A stretch of 64,000 nucleotides of DNA from Azolla caroliniana. Taxonomy: Eukaryota; Plantae; Polypodiophyta. The notes beneath the pieces are model-generated. The model was not told the DNA's origin and did no database searches. It worked only from the letters and a program-made list of their open reading frames with translations. Positions 26,130 to 39,941 of the stretch are shown one piece after another; within the stretch, counting starts at the first letter, position 1; every line of letters begins with the position of its first letter. The stretch spans positions 15,624,001 through 15,688,000 of the forward strand of contig JBHGNT010000011.1 in the NCBI GenBank assembly GCA_043228905.1, given 5' to 3'. Both the position numbers and the translations under genes were made by a program.

Positions 26130-28195
26130 TTCTTTTTTTCCCAGAAAAATTCTACTTCCATTAGTTAAGAAAAAGTACATAGAATAATATACAACTCATA
26201 TGTTACAAGCCACTTTGCAATGGCTACAAGAAAACATCATGTATAAATGAAGCAATAAAGCCTCATCACATAATTACTCGACAGCCTCCCATCAACATGA
26301 CCCTCACACAACCCACATTCAGCAAAGACACCCTCCAATCACTTCACAATTCAGCACCTACCTCTATGTTTGGTACCCTAGGAGGGAACAACCATCGGGG
26401 TGGCTAATATATCCACTTTGCATTGCCATCCACCATCTGTAACATCAGAGAACCTCTCCATTTAAGAAGGAAGCGGTACCTAGCTTATTCACTCGCATCA
26501 GAGGGCCCCTGAAGGCTGTCAAACTTACCTTGTAGCGTAGAAATCAGATTAAACCAAATCATCATTAAACTCTCAGCCGATGGGGTTCGCTTCCCGGTAA
26601 ACGACTCCTTACACCTTGATACCCCACTTGCCAAACAGTAAGGCCAACCACTAAAAACCAAACATCTAAGTATCGGTCCTATATGAAGAATGAATCTCCT
26701 TGAGCTGCAGGTTGAATTGTACCATTCACCACCTTTAAAGAAGGGCTATTCCATTCCACCCACGAAACCATGCAGCTGATTCAGTAGCTAACCAAACAAC
26801 GACTGCACTTGATACCTGAACTTCAACCCCACATTGAGCCAGAATTCTTAAGCTCCTCATCCAAACTTCTTGGGCTCGCGGGCAGCTCCATAAACAATGT
26901 GCGATGTCCTCCAAACTCGCTCCATAGGCCTTGGAGTTACTCATGCCACCCCTTTTCCCCAGCCACTCTCCGGTTGGAACATCCCGATGGGTGATTAGCC
27001 AAAAACCACCTTGACCCTCTCGGGGAGGGAAGAGTTCCATATCCTGCTCCTGGTTTTATCTACAAAGACCGAATCGATAACTACATGGGTCCATTTGTTG
27101 ACACACTTCTCACGGTGCAAGCATAAATGTCTCCCCAAGCGAGTTGAGAAGTCAAAGAAACCATGTGATTTACCTTGTTCATCCCTCCACATATATTCTG
27201 CAGGATCCCATTCTAAACACTCAAGGGGCTTGCCTTCAACTACATACAAGATCCAATCCTCCTCAACCTCATCGACTGATGGATTCACCTTCCATTTCTT
27301 ACCGTCTCGTGCCACAATTCTAATCGATGACCAACAAGCACTTGCAACTACAGATCCCAACTAGATGATCTTCCCATTCTTTCCTATACCCTTTGCATTG
27401 ATAACTTTTCCAACATCATCACATTGTCTAAACCATTCACCCTCATCCCCATTACTAATAGGAACAGAGTAAACAACTTTATCGACTAGATCAAGCATCT
27501 TCCTACCATTTCTAAACTTTATCGCATCTTCATACAATTTATCCCGATTACTAGGGAACAACTGCATCCAATTTGCCATTGATCGAATGTCAACACTGTG
27601 CAATATAGCCCACGACATACCCTTGCGTTGGCCAAGCATCTTCCCCTCGGTCGACTTTAAGGTCTCGTTCCACAATAGGGCTTGGTGCATCCATTCAACA
27701 TTAGTACTTGGACCTATACGCCTAAGATGCCCACGGAGCAAATCCCACACCTTCATCATTGACATACATGTGCGATCAGCCAACCAATTAGATTTCCTAA
27801 GATTTAAGTCCATACAAAAGAGCCACAATTTATGTGGCTTCCAATGCCCACCAAGTTGTGGACTCCAAAGGATGCTCCTATTAAAAATCAATGTTTTCCA
27901 TAACTCATTTCCAAGCAACAAGCTCCTTACCAATACCTTACATAGCAATGATTGACTTTGTATTCCAGGGTCGATCAATCCTAAACCCCCCTTACTTTTG
28001 AGAAGAATCAACGTAGACCATGACACTTTAGCTGCCACGTTGTCTTTCCTATTCCCAACCCATAGAAAGCCCCTAATACACGCTTTAACAATACGAATAG
28101 CATGCATGTCAAACATCCACACTGAGATCGCATGCCACATAGTAGACAAGAGCACATGTATAATTTTATACGCTACATTGGTGCATTGAACTAAC
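26130..28195 (-). mobile_element. 5'-truncated L1-type LINE (post-RT region and zinc-binding domain), with stops and frameshifts
   Basis: KVSWSTLILLKSKGGLGLID and EDIAHCLWSCPRAQEVW motifs typical of plant L1 ORF2 C-terminus; short T-run near 26133 may be the remnant tail. Ends approximate. Confidence 0.8.
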
Positions 28196-28299
28196 AATCC
28201 CCACACAACTCTCTCTCTCTCTCCCTCCCTCCCTCCCTCTCCCTCTCTATGCATTGATTAATTAGAACAAATCATTGCCACGCTTATAAAGGGAGAAGG

Positions 28300-28700
28300 C
28301 ATCATAGAAGTTGTCATTTGGGAAAATAGGCATCATGTTTTTTATGTATGCAAATGATATGGTACCTTGTGCAAATACTTTAGGAGATGTACGAAAGCTT
28401 ATGAGGGCATTGGAAGAGTTTTGTACGCATACAAAGTTGATTATCAATAGCTCTAAAACAAATATTACGTTTGTGAAGAGCCAAACTAAGGATAAACCAC
28501 ACATTATGTACAATAACAAGCCACAAGCTTTAAATACTCTGGCCTTGAAGTTCTTCAAATCATAGATGGAATGAATGTGTTGTTCACCGCCTGCATGTGG
28601 GAACGAGAACATGTTATGCATTTGAAAACACATGCAATCATGGAGAATTTAAGTGTGACACAATAGCATCCCTAAGTCCACTTGAAAATCATTTGAAGAA
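28300..28700 (+). mobile_element. RTE-like LINE RT fragment
   Basis: FMYANDMV (decayed YADD box) followed by ALEEFC..TKLIINSSKTNI. Confidence 0.7.
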
Positions 28701-29019
28701 TGTCCAAAAGCATAGAGACTTAGGTTTGTCAATTTCCAAGAGAAAGGTATCATAAACTCACTCAACTTGCATGGTTACTATTTATAACTCCACTGTGAGT
28801 ACCTAAATGTGATGATATCCAAAAACTAAGTTTTTATGAATGTCATGATACATCTAGAGTAGAAACCCCATTACACACCGAGGTTGACCTTGATTATTCA
28901 TTAACGTTATTCCCTTGAGTGAATTAAATCTTGTGTCAAAATAAACACACGTAATGTCTTCAATGCCAATGTAATAAAGTTGAGAGCCACAAGATAGTCA
29001 AGCTATTATGTTTATCTAT

Positions 29020-29260
29020 TGTAGATTCCAAACAACAAATGGTCAAGCATCTCGATGGATTTTGTCATGCATTTACTAACTTGAACATATGGGAAACGAT
29101 GTGATATGAGTTTGGGTTAATCAACTCATGAAAGCGGTCATTTAATTCCTACTAGAACCATTGGTAAGAACCACAAGTTGGCTCAAATGTTTGTGGAAAC
29201 AATGTACAATTTATGTAGTTCATTTGATGGAATTGTAAATGACACCGATCTCGATTCAAC
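29020..29260 (+). mobile_element. Decayed Gypsy integrase fragment
   Basis: Reads IPNNKWSSISMDFVMHL, matching [17 protein letters not shown] of the intact element. Confidence 0.7.
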
Positions 29261-30003
29261 TTTATTATTGCCTCAAGGACACGTTATGAATCAATAAAAT
29301 CATCAAGGAATGCTTTTCGTTGATGATGCTTTTTGTCTTTCATTATTTGATAGTGAACTATTGATCCATGTGGAGATATCTTATTTTCTATTATGTGTGT
29401 AACTTCTTCATACAAGTATTAGTGTTGAATTTTGGGACCGTAATTGGTTACTCAAACAAGTAACAAAAAGAGATTGATGATATCTCTATCATAACGTCAA
29501 TTTTCATCTATTCATAAACATGGTATAATGACTAACGTAAACTTATCAATCTTCTATACCATAGACTCATCCAATATATTATATATGAGATAGTAAAAGG
29601 TGGCATCTTATCAATTTATACCTTTCTTATAAAGTCTGTTTAGGTTGCTTCATGATAGAAAAGTGTTATTTATATTCATTAGTTAATATGAAATGTGGGG
29701 ATTCCCGATGCCAACAAAGTGTAAAAAACCTTGAGAAGAGTAGAATATTGATGGAGTCTTGTGTGAAGTGGGATGTATCATGTAAGGAAGAAGAAACACC
29801 CCCTTTAGTAAACCAATTAAAAACCACCAAATTCTAACTACATGATATAAGAGAATCAAATTAAATTGTTATTATTTTCCGTTGTGGTAGAGTAAATGAA
29901 AAGAAACTCATTTAGCATATACTGTTTGCACATCACTCAACCTTAGCAATTGAATTGCAATAAATCTTTAGGAACATCAATTGTTGAACCTATCCTCCAA
30001 AGA

Positions 30004-31678
30004 ATGGCTAGCTCTGGACCTAACATTGGCTCAAGTAGTACCACTACCACCACCACAACTATGCATGGTGGCAAATCAGGGATTCCTAGCTTTGCCACCC
30101 CTTGGATAGAACTAGGTAAACTTGAGGAGAGGGAGAAATGGCAAGCGCTCGCTATCAATCTTGTCGAGACGTCAATAACATCTGAGTTTCTAGACCTTAA
30201 GCGAGAAGTCGCAGAAACTTTACCGCCTCGACTCCCGGAGCTCAAATCCAAAATCAACGATAAAGTTGAGGAAGCCCAAGTCAATATATCTAAACTTATA
30301 TGTACGTACCTTTTTTAAGTTCCATAAATCCTTCCTTCTTCTTGTAGAAACAAATGTTGGTCTTACATGAAGAAATTTATTGTCTCTTCTTCAAATAAAG
30401 CCCACCATTTATTGTGATATTCTCATAAATGTTTTCAAATTGAAGTTATACATCGAGTATTTAAAATCTCACTAGATAAGTTGATCATGATTTTGCTTCA
30501 ATTAGGTTAACCCCCGTTTGTTCTAATGTCGCATGTAAATAATGTTTTCATTGTGGATTAAATGTGTCTATGAAATCAATGAGGTCAAATTGTTGTTTGT
30601 CAATCTACAAGTTAGATCTATGATGAATTTAATGAAGTTCATTCTTTTCTCATTCCAAATTACAGCGGAATATCGCAAATTGATATTTGTTGAGACCCCA
30701 TACATAGAAAAACAGGTATGAACAATCATCATGTTGTTATTGATACTTGACATAATTCAACATTAATACTATGTTTACTATGCATGAAAATGAAACGGAG
30801 TAGGCAATGATCCATGCATTACAATACCAAGCATGTGGATTCGAAGACAACATTCCAAGCATGATAGAAGGTTCCCCCCTATCCCTACTCCCTCTCTACA
30901 AAACATGAATGCACACAATATCTTTTTCATGTTTATGACACACGGGTTACAATTCAATCAACTTTTATCTCACCAAAACAATCCAATAACTTCAATTTGT
31001 ATTTGTACCCTAACAACTTTTAATTCATAATCTAGGAATTTTTGGAAGACGGTGACAAAAAGATTGTAGAAGCAATTCACATAAGCTTTCAAGACTTATT
31101 TAGCCAATTGCATGTGAACGAAATATTCAAACATTTCAAGAATGATGCAAATAAATAGACATATATTGGTGTACCATATCATAAAAGCATGCATATATTG
31201 ATATAGATTTATATAGAACAAGCAATAAGTTATTATTACAAATGTGTAAAGTTGTGACATTCGTGTCGACAATTCAACTAATACAACATTAGGGCTATGT
31301 ATGTAATAAACATATAATCTCTTATGCGAATAAATAAGCATAGCTCGCCACATTAAACATACCATGTGTGTGTGTGTGTACTTGTGTTTATACATGCAAG
31401 GACGAAGGGGCAAACATTATGTTTTGTACACCCATGCAAGTTCCTTGGCTATACAAGAATCTATGTTTTTTTTGTCTCTGCGTACATGTTCTACATACAT
31501 CCTATTTATGATGTATATCTTTGTTGAGGTTTTCATGTTGCACAACATATGCATGCACACACATCTAATTTGTCTTTGACGATGTTTTCAATAATTAATT
31601 TTTTCCATGCTAGATTTCACGGCAACGGTTACAGAGGAGATAATGATGGAAGAACCTACAAATGGAAAGAGAACTTAA
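30004..31678 (+). CDS. Spliced orphan gene, 3 or 4 exons, with in-frame TAG near the end of exon 3
   Basis: Exons 30004-30301, 30666-30715, 31036-31168, 31614-31678; all GT-AG with compatible phases (1,0,1); TAG at 31156-31158. Confidence 0.68.
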
Positions 31679-32179
31679 AACCTTCTGCCTTCCTCTATTA
31701 TTTCAATAATTGAGTGATACATTCTCGCAATATTATGACTTGGAAATCACGAGTCGATGCAAGGCCTCATTGTTTACATTCAAATTTCATGAAGTTTTTA
31801 AGGCATTAATGATAACGATATATTATCATGTGTAATAGATCAAAGGTCATAACTACATATTAAAACAAAATGTATGCTCGGTTTTACATTATTGATATAT
31901 TCGATAAAACTATCACTTAATCAGCTTAACATGTCAATTGATTGTAGCTTTTAACATATGCAACAAGACGTCACACGTGTTAAAACACATATTGAAAGCA
32001 TTGCCATCGCACATAGTAAAAGCAAACTTCACACATCCCATATATTACTACGGTTTACCTATAATTTAGTTTATATTGCTTGAATGGAACTCTAAAATTC
32101 AAAAGTATAAATATAGGTCGTGAATTTGGTTTCTGGGCAATGAATGATCCCAAAATTTGGGTTGTGTCTATACATTACA

Positions 32180-32390
32180 GGGGAAAACTTTGAGATACCC
32201 CCAAATGTTTTGTTTATCTCCCCAAATGCCCCAAACTATTTGTTGTTTCCCCAAATACCCTTGGTTCATCCCCCTCTCGTGCAATTATATGGTCAATTCG
32301 TCTTCGTGTTTCTCCCTTTCGAGGTTAACTAAGGGTATATGGAGAGATAACTAAAACTCTAGAGATTTAGTGAAATAAACAGAAAGTCAC
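32180..32390. mobile_element. Probable degenerate Mutator-like MITE
   Basis: Begins GGGGAAAACTTTGAGATACCCCC with repeated CAAATRCCCC motifs like the 62367 MITE; only a partial inverted partner at ~32326-32370. Confidence 0.4.
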
Positions 32391-33774
32391 GTGCATTTCA
32401 AAATGAATATAGCACTAGTGCCATACCATCTACCTTAAAAAATAAATGATTTTAAAGCCTTCTTGGACATATTAGTTGATATGTCATCATTTTGTTCATA
32501 TACACATAAGGGTCTAATTTTTTAGTTAGGTTCACAATAAATAGTTCAACCATAATATCATTTATAATTAACTCATTCTTTTCTTTAGTAATGATGTTAT
32601 AATTTCTCTTTCCACAGGCGAAGATTGAAACAATAGCGCCTAAAAAGGCATGCTCATAAACCTAGGAGGCAAGTCGCTTGACCTCTTTCCTCCACTCACG
32701 AAGAGTTGTGAGCAAATATACTATGATAGAGCTTCCGTTTTGTTAGCTTATGGATAACCTTAAATATAAACAGAAAAATCCTAATAAATTTCATTGCAAT
32801 TTCTAGAAAATTTCATCCTCACCTAAAGAAAGTATAATTCATAAACTATGAATCTCGTGAACATTATCACGCATGCTTAGTTCAAGGCCAATGAGTAGAT
32901 GGGTCCTTGACCTCACCATATTACTTCTATGAAAAAATCAACTAATATGTAAATGAAAGAAACTATTTAAATCACAGATTAAACAATTGTATACATTTCA
33001 AAAACACTTCGTAATTAGTTTGACTACCATGCATACTAACAAACTGCCGCTAAATTTTATAGCTTCACCATGGTAACTTTTCCCACGGCACATAGAGAGG
33101 AATGTATGTATAGATGAATGGTAATTGCAATAAAGTTGGCCGGTTGGTGGAAAACCACGTTAGCTTATGCTACTCCATTACAATCATTTGTCAATCAAAA
33201 AGCAAAAGGGAAAAAATACAATTAGTGCAAAACTTTCATGTGCATGCGTCCATCATAGGTTCTTGTAGAGTTTTATATGATAAAAATAATCTAGATGAAC
33301 CCAATTCCATGAAGAATCTATGTTCTCCTGTTATGTGATGCAATTGGTGTATTTTGCTCGAGGAGATAAAAAATTGGCTTCCTTAACACCTATAGCTCAT
33401 TCTTACTTCATTGAAGGATCTAACGCACCAATTGAATATGTCGACCATTGTCAATTAGAAACATCAACTTGTTTAAAGGCTTCTAAAAGAACTTTGAGAT
33501 GTGAGCAAAATTCCATTGCTTTACACACACTTGATTTGAAAGAACTTGCAATTAGCATTTATATTATACTCTACTTACCTCACCATAACGTAGACCTCAA
33601 TCATCGACTCCTTTTCTCATAACCTCATCAATGTCAACATCCATGTTTTATGAAAATTCCCTTCATTCTAATAGCCACATTGCCCATAATTGATTTCATA
33701 ACAAAAAACTCTACCTAGTTTTAGTGTTCGCATGCGAAGTTTTTAAAGATTGGCCCTATAAAATTTGACAACAC

Positions 33775-36700
33775 TGTTACGGGATATTATATGGTCATGC
33801 CCGTCATATATGTTCTTTTAAAAAAACATATATGATCAATTGCCTCGCATATCTCTTATACGCATCAAACATTAAGCATTCGAGAAGAGCAACTTACTTG
33901 GTTGGCTCAAGTGTTTAATGTATTTGTTCTCGAGGTCTCGAGTTCAAATATGACCAAGACCATACAACATCCTTGATACATATGACTATAACACATGTTT
34001 AGACTTAAGGTCTAAGTGCACCTCGGGGTCCTCGTAATAGGACTTAAAGAGCCGAAACCACATATGTGGGCACAGAAACATAGTTATTGTTAACATTTTT
34101 TTCGTGTATAAACTATTCATGACGCGAACATACATGGTTGAGCCTCGGGGAGCCGCCATGAAAAAAATCGATATAGAGATCAGGGAAAGGCATTCATTTG
34201 TCACCCCCATGGTTTTTAAAACACCTCTGTGTTACCATAGTAACCTGATCTTGAACCTCATCTCATACGTCTAGAGGGGTATTGACGTGAGATCATGATA
34301 TCGATTAATGTTTGCCCATGATATGTTTACACCACAACAAGATGTTATGACTATTTGTCTGACCTTATCTTATTTCTTTGCCAGAAATAATCATTCAATG
34401 GCTCAGAATAACGACCCGATGCCCTCCGCTCAAGCGGAAAGACCTCAAGGAAATCCTCCTGGGACAATGTCCATTGAGGCGTATATTTTACAAGTACAAC
34501 ATTTCCTTAGTTCAACCGCGCAGCAGTTGACCGAATTTCGGCAATCTCAAAGTGCTCTCGAGGCACGAGTCATTAGTCTCCAAAATGAGATTAATAGACC
34601 TGATGAGCGTCAGGGTGAACCATCATTTGTCGTAAAGCCATTTACGGGAGATAAAAAGGAAAGAACCGAAGAAGCAATCTGCACGTGGCTGGGCCGATGG
34701 GAGTCTCATTTTGAGCTCTATCCCACGCCAGATAGTACGAAGATTGCATATGTTGGCCGAGAACTAGGGGGTAAGGCCGCCGCTTGGTGGCGTGGGCTCC
34801 GAACTTTGGGGAGATTGCCCGAGACCTGGACAGACTTTGTCACAGTTTTCAAGGGTCAATTTCTACAACCTCCCTCTCGAACCGAGGCAGCACAAGCTTT
34901 AATGAACCTCTCTAGCAGGAAGTTTTCCTCGCTAGAAGATTATGTCCACCATGCTAGAACCCAAATCCAAAAATCGGGTCTAGAAGGGGACAATTGGTTA
35001 ATAGCTTGTTTTGTCAATGGCATCCCCAATTCGGACTATCACTGGATAGTGCACGATAAGGATCCAAAATCCTTCGAAGAGGCCGTTGAGATAGTTCTTC
35101 GCTATCAACGCACTTCGAAGAAGGACCATAACAAACCCAACGAAGCGCCCGAGACTAAGCAGTCACAATTCGTTGGGAAACGCAAGACACCCAACGAATT
35201 CATGGATCGCGATTATAAGCGACAACATCCTTTTTGCGTATTCTGCAAAAAGAAGGGTCATACAAAAGAGCAATGTCGTAAGCTCCAACGAAAAGAGCAC
35301 GACGCCAAACCTAAAGCTACAGACCATAAAGGTCAGATTCCTAATGTCCTTCAGGTCTATACACATCATTTGAGTAATTGTCAATGTTCTTTCCCTCATT
35401 ATGTATTGGGTCCCAATGATTTACTACGTGCAAACGGGTATATCAATGGATCTCCCGTACAATTTTTATTTGATTCGGGAAGCTCACACAATTTTGTGAA
35501 TGATCGTTTGGTACAGATATGGGGAATCCAACCCACCGTAAGTGATCACACCTACACGGTGCACTTGGCTGATGGAAGAGTACAACACATCAACGGGGCG
35601 ATTCATTCTTTAGGAATTTCTATTGATACCTATATAGAGGAAGTAGACTTCCATGTAATGAATCTTAGTACCACCGATGTAATACTGGGTTATCCCTGGT
35701 TTTATAATAAAAGCTCTTCTTTATTTATTGATTGGGTTCGCCATTCCATTTCTTTTGTACTCAACGATTGTACGCATTTTATTCAATGTGTAACAAAACA
35801 ATCCCTCTCGATTGTTTCCTCGTGTCCATCAATATCCGAGTTGTCTTGTTCTACGTTATTTTATTGTGTACTTGATCCGGACATTCACGTTTACAATATC
35901 GATAATGTCTCGGGTCAATTAACATATTTTGAACAAAAACAACTTGATGAAATCGTAAACGATTTTCGTGATGTTTTTCCGAGTGAACTACCCGATGGTT
36001 TACCTCCTAAACGTAATATAGACCATCGTATAGATATTGTACCTGGCATTGCACCCATTAGTATACCTCCGTATCGCCTAAGTCGATCTGAAGAGGATGA
36101 GGTAGCTAAGCAACTTAAGGACTATTTACGAATGGGTTATATACGTTATAGTAAATCTCCATGGGGTGCACCAGTTCTCTTGGTTAAAAAGAAAGAGGGC
36201 ACATGGCGTATGTGTATTAATTACCGACGCTTGAATAAAGTGACGATCAAGAATTCGTACCCATTGCCCCGGGCTGACGATCTAATTGACCGTCTCCAGG
36301 GAGCTCGGTATTTTACGAAACTTGATCTCCGTACTGGCTACCATCAAATACGAATAAGTGAGGACGATGTTCCTAAAACAGCATTTCGTACGCGCTACGG
36401 CCATTATGAGTTTTTGGTTATGCCTTTTGGTTTGACCAATGCTCCGGCTACATTTCAACAAGAAATGAATGACATTTTCCGAGAACAACTTGGAAAATTT
36501 GTCGTTATCTTCTTAGATGATATTTTAGTTTATAGCCGTACATTACAAGAACATGCTAGACATGTCCGCTTTGTTTTACAAATATTGCGTGACAAACAAT
36601 TTTACGCGAAGATCTCAAAATGTGAGTTCTTCAAGAAATCAATTACTTATCTTGGACATCTCATAACCGAACGAGGAGTTGAAATTGATCCTTCTCGCAT

Positions 36701-39282
36701 CGAGAAAATCAAGCTTTGGCCCACTCTTCGGAATATTCGAGAAGTTCGCTCATTCCTTGGTTTTGTCGGATTTTTGCGAAAATCTCTTCGTAATTACTCA
36801 CAATTGACGACGCCGTTTACTGATCTTCTAAAAGGTCAAACGCGTAAGTCTACAAAACCTATTGTGTGGAATGCTACACTAGACCTCGCCTTTAAGGAAC
36901 TCAAGGACTTGGTATGCAAGGCTCCTTCACTTCTTTTACCCGATCCTTCAAAACCTTTTGAGGTTGAAACCGACGCAAGCGATTATGCTATAGGTGCTGT
37001 CTTGTATCAAGATGGTAAACCAATAGCATTCGAGAGTAAGAAACTTGATTCTGCTCAATGTCGGTATACCGTTCAAGAAAAGGAATTATTTGCGGTTATA
37101 CATGCGCTCAAAACATGGCGCCATTATCTTTATGGAAATCGCTTTGTGGTAACTACGGACCACGAGTCCTTGAAATATTTTTGTGACCAACAAGACCTGA
37201 AAGGTCGTAAGGCACGATGGGCTGATCTCATCCAGGACTTTGATTTTTCCATACGATATCGTAAAGGTTCCATGAATACTGTCGCTGATGCACTAAGTCG
37301 CATCCGTGAAGTTAACATGCTTAGCTTCACTGAAATAACATCAGATCTTTATGATCACCTTCGAGGAAAGTATCCTGATGACAATTATTTTGCAAAATAC
37401 TGGGCAAGAGTCGAGTCTGGAACAGACACCACCACACCCTCGAAGGAATACTTCCACATTGCTAACGGTCTGCTCTACCGTAATGGGAAGGTTTGTGTTC
37501 CAGATTTACCTGAGGTCAAAAAGAGAATTCTTTTTGAATGCCATGATGCACCCTCAGCAGGGCACCCTGGAATACATCGTACACTCGTTCTCATCTCCAC
37601 TCAATTTTATTGGCCTAAGATGCGTCCTGACATACATAGCTATGTGACTAAATGTCACCAATGTCAGGTTAACAAAGCCGAGCGACTTAAAGCCGCAGGA
37701 CTTTTACATCCCTTAGACATTCCCAATAATAAGTGGGAAAGTATATCCATGGATTTTATTGTTAGCCTTCCTCGCACCCAAAAAGGTCATGATGCCATAT
37801 GGGTTGTGGTTGCCAGACTAACTAAAATGGCCAGATTTATTGCTACTAAAACCACGGTAACAGCTCCTGAATTGGCTTACCAATTCGTTGATGAGTTATT
37901 TCGTTTTTACGGGTTACCGATGGATATCGTGAGTGACCGAGATCCGAAGTTTACTAGTGACTTCTGGACGCAAGTCTTTAAGAAGTTAGAAACTACGTTG
38001 AGCATGAGCTCCACGGATCATCCTCAATCCGATGGACAGACAGAACGAGTAAATCAAATTATTGAGGACATGCTTCGAGCATACGTTGGTGCAAAACCAA
38101 CAAAATGGGAACGTTACCTCCCAATTTTGGAGTTTGCTTATAACAGCTCCAAGTATACGTCGACGGGATATAGTCCTTTTATGTTGATGTATGGATTTCA
38201 GCCACGAGCCCCGATTGATGTTAATATACATCATGATGAGTTGCGAAGTACGCAAAACTTTCTTCGGGATATGCAAGATATGTTGCATATTGCACGGGAT
38301 AATATAAAAACAGCTCAAGATAGAGCGCGTTTTTATGCCGATCATCACAGGCAACCTCGTGTATTCAGCCCTGGACAGAAGGTATTTTTACGTGTACCTC
38401 ACAATTCTAAGACATTGTCTACGGGTAAGTGCGCTAAGTTAGCCCCACGGTTTTGTGGACCTTTTACAGTCCTCAAACGCATTGGATCATCAGCCTATCG
38501 TCTCGCTCTTCCCGATGGTGTTGGAATCCATCCAGTCTTTCATGTAAGTCGTCTAAAAGAACTTCTAGGTTCTGGCGACAATACAGTTACAACTGAAACT
38601 CTGGTTACTTCTGAAGATTTATCTTCTAAACCACACGTACCAGAAAGAATTCTCGATGTTAAAACAAAAAAATTACGTGCTAAGGAAATCCGAGAATTTA
38701 AAATAAAATGGATGGATAAATCAATCAAAGATGCCACATGGGAACGCGAAACGACTCTAAGAACTAACTTCCCTAACTTTCCATTGCAAGAGTGCAATGT
38801 TTTAAAGAGGGGGAGTATGTTACGGGCATGACCATATAATATCCCGTGGTGAGAATTGTCGTAGTATTCTATACACGTGGATAAGTGTGAGGGTTAAACA
38901 AAGAGTCTAAAGAAGGGGAGGATTACTTTTAATCCTCGGGATTGAGACAACCCATGAGGCCAAGTGTGAACATGGCTGGGGGCCTTGAGAATTACTATAA
39001 ATAAGAGGCCTAGCTACCCTCATTGGGGCATGCATTGACTACGTCGAGACTCTGTCCGTGAGTGGAACGACTCTTGTAGCAAGCGCGCTATCGTCCAGGT
39101 ACGACTCGACGCCAAGGCGGTGGTATGGGACGCCGATCGAGGCTCGAGTCCGTCTCGATCCCTTCGCTCGGGGGTGGTCGGGTGGATCGGCACCCTTCTT
39201 TCTCTCTTTTCTCTCTATTCTTTCTAGATCTATCATTGATATATCCTTATTTTATGCTTACTTTAGTACCTAATCTCTAATA
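33775..39282 (+). mobile_element. Ty3/Gypsy chromovirus with intact polyprotein, full 3' LTR and truncated 5' LTR
   Basis: Perfect TSD AACAC (33770-33774, 39283-39287); PPT AAAGAGGGGGAGTA before 3' LTR 38818-39282 (TGTTA...TAATA); 5' end TGTTACGGG stub only. Confidence 0.92.
34308..38831 (+). CDS. Gypsy gag-pol polyprotein: gag, zinc knuckle, protease, RT, RNase H, integrase, chromodomain (start may be the ATG at 34398)
   Basis: [14 protein letters not shown]; [10 protein letters not shown]; [32 protein letters not shown]; [13 protein letters not shown]; [20 protein letters not shown]; ERILD..FKIKW..ATWE. One uninterrupted frame. Confidence 0.97.
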   Translation: MFAHDMFTPQQDVMTICLTLSYFFARNNHSMAQNNDPMPSAQAERPQGNPPGTMSIEAYILQVQHFLSSTAQQLTEFRQSQSALEARVISLQNEINRPDERQGEPSFVVKPFTGDKKERTEEAICTWLGRWESHFELYPTPDSTKIAYVGRELGGKAAAWWRGLRTLGRLPETWTDFVTVFKGQFLQPPSRTEAAQALMNLSSRKFSSLEDYVHHARTQIQKSGLEGDNWLIACFVNGIPNSDYHWIVHDKDPKSFEEAVEIVLRYQRTSKKDHNKPNEAPETKQSQFVGKRKTPNEFMDRDYKRQHPFCVFCKKKGHTKEQCRKLQRKEHDAKPKATDHKGQIPNVLQVYTHHLSNCQCSFPHYVLGPNDLLRANGYINGSPVQFLFDSGSSHNFVNDRLVQIWGIQPTVSDHTYTVHLADGRVQHINGAIHSLGISIDTYIEEVDFHVMNLSTTDVILGYPWFYNKSSSLFIDWVRHSISFVLNDCTHFIQCVTKQSLSIVSSCPSISELSCSTLFYCVLDPDIHVYNIDNVSGQLTYFEQKQLDEIVNDFRDVFPSELPDGLPPKRNIDHRIDIVPGIAPISIPPYRLSRSEEDEVAKQLKDYLRMGYIRYSKSPWGAPVLLVKKKEGTWRMCINYRRLNKVTIKNSYPLPRADDLIDRLQGARYFTKLDLRTGYHQIRISEDDVPKTAFRTRYGHYEFLVMPFGLTNAPATFQQEMNDIFREQLGKFVVIFLDDILVYSRTLQEHARHVRFVLQILRDKQFYAKISKCEFFKKSITYLGHLITERGVEIDPSRIEKIKLWPTLRNIREVRSFLGFVGFLRKSLRNYSQLTTPFTDLLKGQTRKSTKPIVWNATLDLAFKELKDLVCKAPSLLLPDPSKPFEVETDASDYAIGAVLYQDGKPIAFESKKLDSAQCRYTVQEKELFAVIHALKTWRHYLYGNRFVVTTDHESLKYFCDQQDLKGRKARWADLIQDFDFSIRYRKGSMNTVADALSRIREVNMLSFTEITSDLYDHLRGKYPDDNYFAKYWARVESGTDTTTPSKEYFHIANGLLYRNGKVCVPDLPEVKKRILFECHDAPSAGHPGIHRTLVLISTQFYWPKMRPDIHSYVTKCHQCQVNKAERLKAAGLLHPLDIPNNKWESISMDFIVSLPRTQKGHDAIWVVVARLTKMARFIATKTTVTAPELAYQFVDELFRFYGLPMDIVSDRDPKFTSDFWTQVFKKLETTLSMSSTDHPQSDGQTERVNQIIEDMLRAYVGAKPTKWERYLPILEFAYNSSKYTSTGYSPFMLMYGFQPRAPIDVNIHHDELRSTQNFLRDMQDMLHIARDNIKTAQDRARFYADHHRQPRVFSPGQKVFLRVPHNSKTLSTGKCAKLAPRFCGPFTVLKRIGSSAYRLALPDGVGIHPVFHVSRLKELLGSGDNTVTTETLVTSEDLSSKPHVPERILDVKTKKLRAKEIREFKIKWMDKSIKDATWERETTLRTNFPNFPLQECNVLKRGSMLRA

Positions 39283-39748
39283 AACACCAAGAATGAAAGC
39301 AATAACTCATGAATCAGCAATAATAATGTCACCCCACGTCACTAATAACATGAAAGTCACAAATAAAACCGATAAAACCAAATGTCAACTCAACCCCATC
39401 TTCCTAGATGTTGCTCTTGAGTATTGTATTGATTTCCTTCTTCTTACATTTTCTGTCATAGTTCACTACAACCCAGATCTCGCCCCCAACACGAAACTTG
39501 ACATCTCAAAGTTTTCAACATTTTGTAATGATATGCGAGAATGGAATGGGCTCGGATGGTTGCCATGTGCGTCACCATGGGGGACATATTCGGTGTCCAG
39601 TGGACGTAATGATATCTATCACTCGAGAAAATTTGTTTTGGGGCCGATTCCTATGGACCAAAGAATTGTAGGGGCATTTCTAGAAATTTCTTTAATAATA
39701 AATTTAACACAGCCTTTCTTTCCTTGAAACTTAAAACCCTCTCCCCAT

Positions 39749-39890
39749 AAACCCTAAAAACCACTGTAAACAGAAACCATCTTAAAGAAGAAGAAGAAGA
39801 AGAAGAAGAAGAGGAAGAGGGACCACGAAACCCTAACAGTCAGGAAGAAGAAGAAGAGGGACCACGAAACCCTAACAGTCAGGAAGAAGC
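39749..39890 (+). promoter_or_regulatory. Three telo-boxes (AAACCCTAA), two within a 39-bp tandem duplication, plus (GAA)n, upstream of ORF 39942
   Basis: AAACCCTAA at 39749, 39828 and 39867; GAAGAGGG(G)ACCACGAAACCCTAACAGTCAGGAAGAAG duplicated. Confidence 0.6.
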
Positions 39891-39941
39891 AGCAGCAGAA
39901 AGAGAGATAAAGAGACACACGCACAGAAGGAGGCGCACGAC

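Noticed and set aside
32618-32659. Possible extra terminal exon (AG|AKIETIAPKKACS*) for the orphan gene
   Set aside because: Good acceptor, but no phase-compatible donor or other support can be established from sequence alone.
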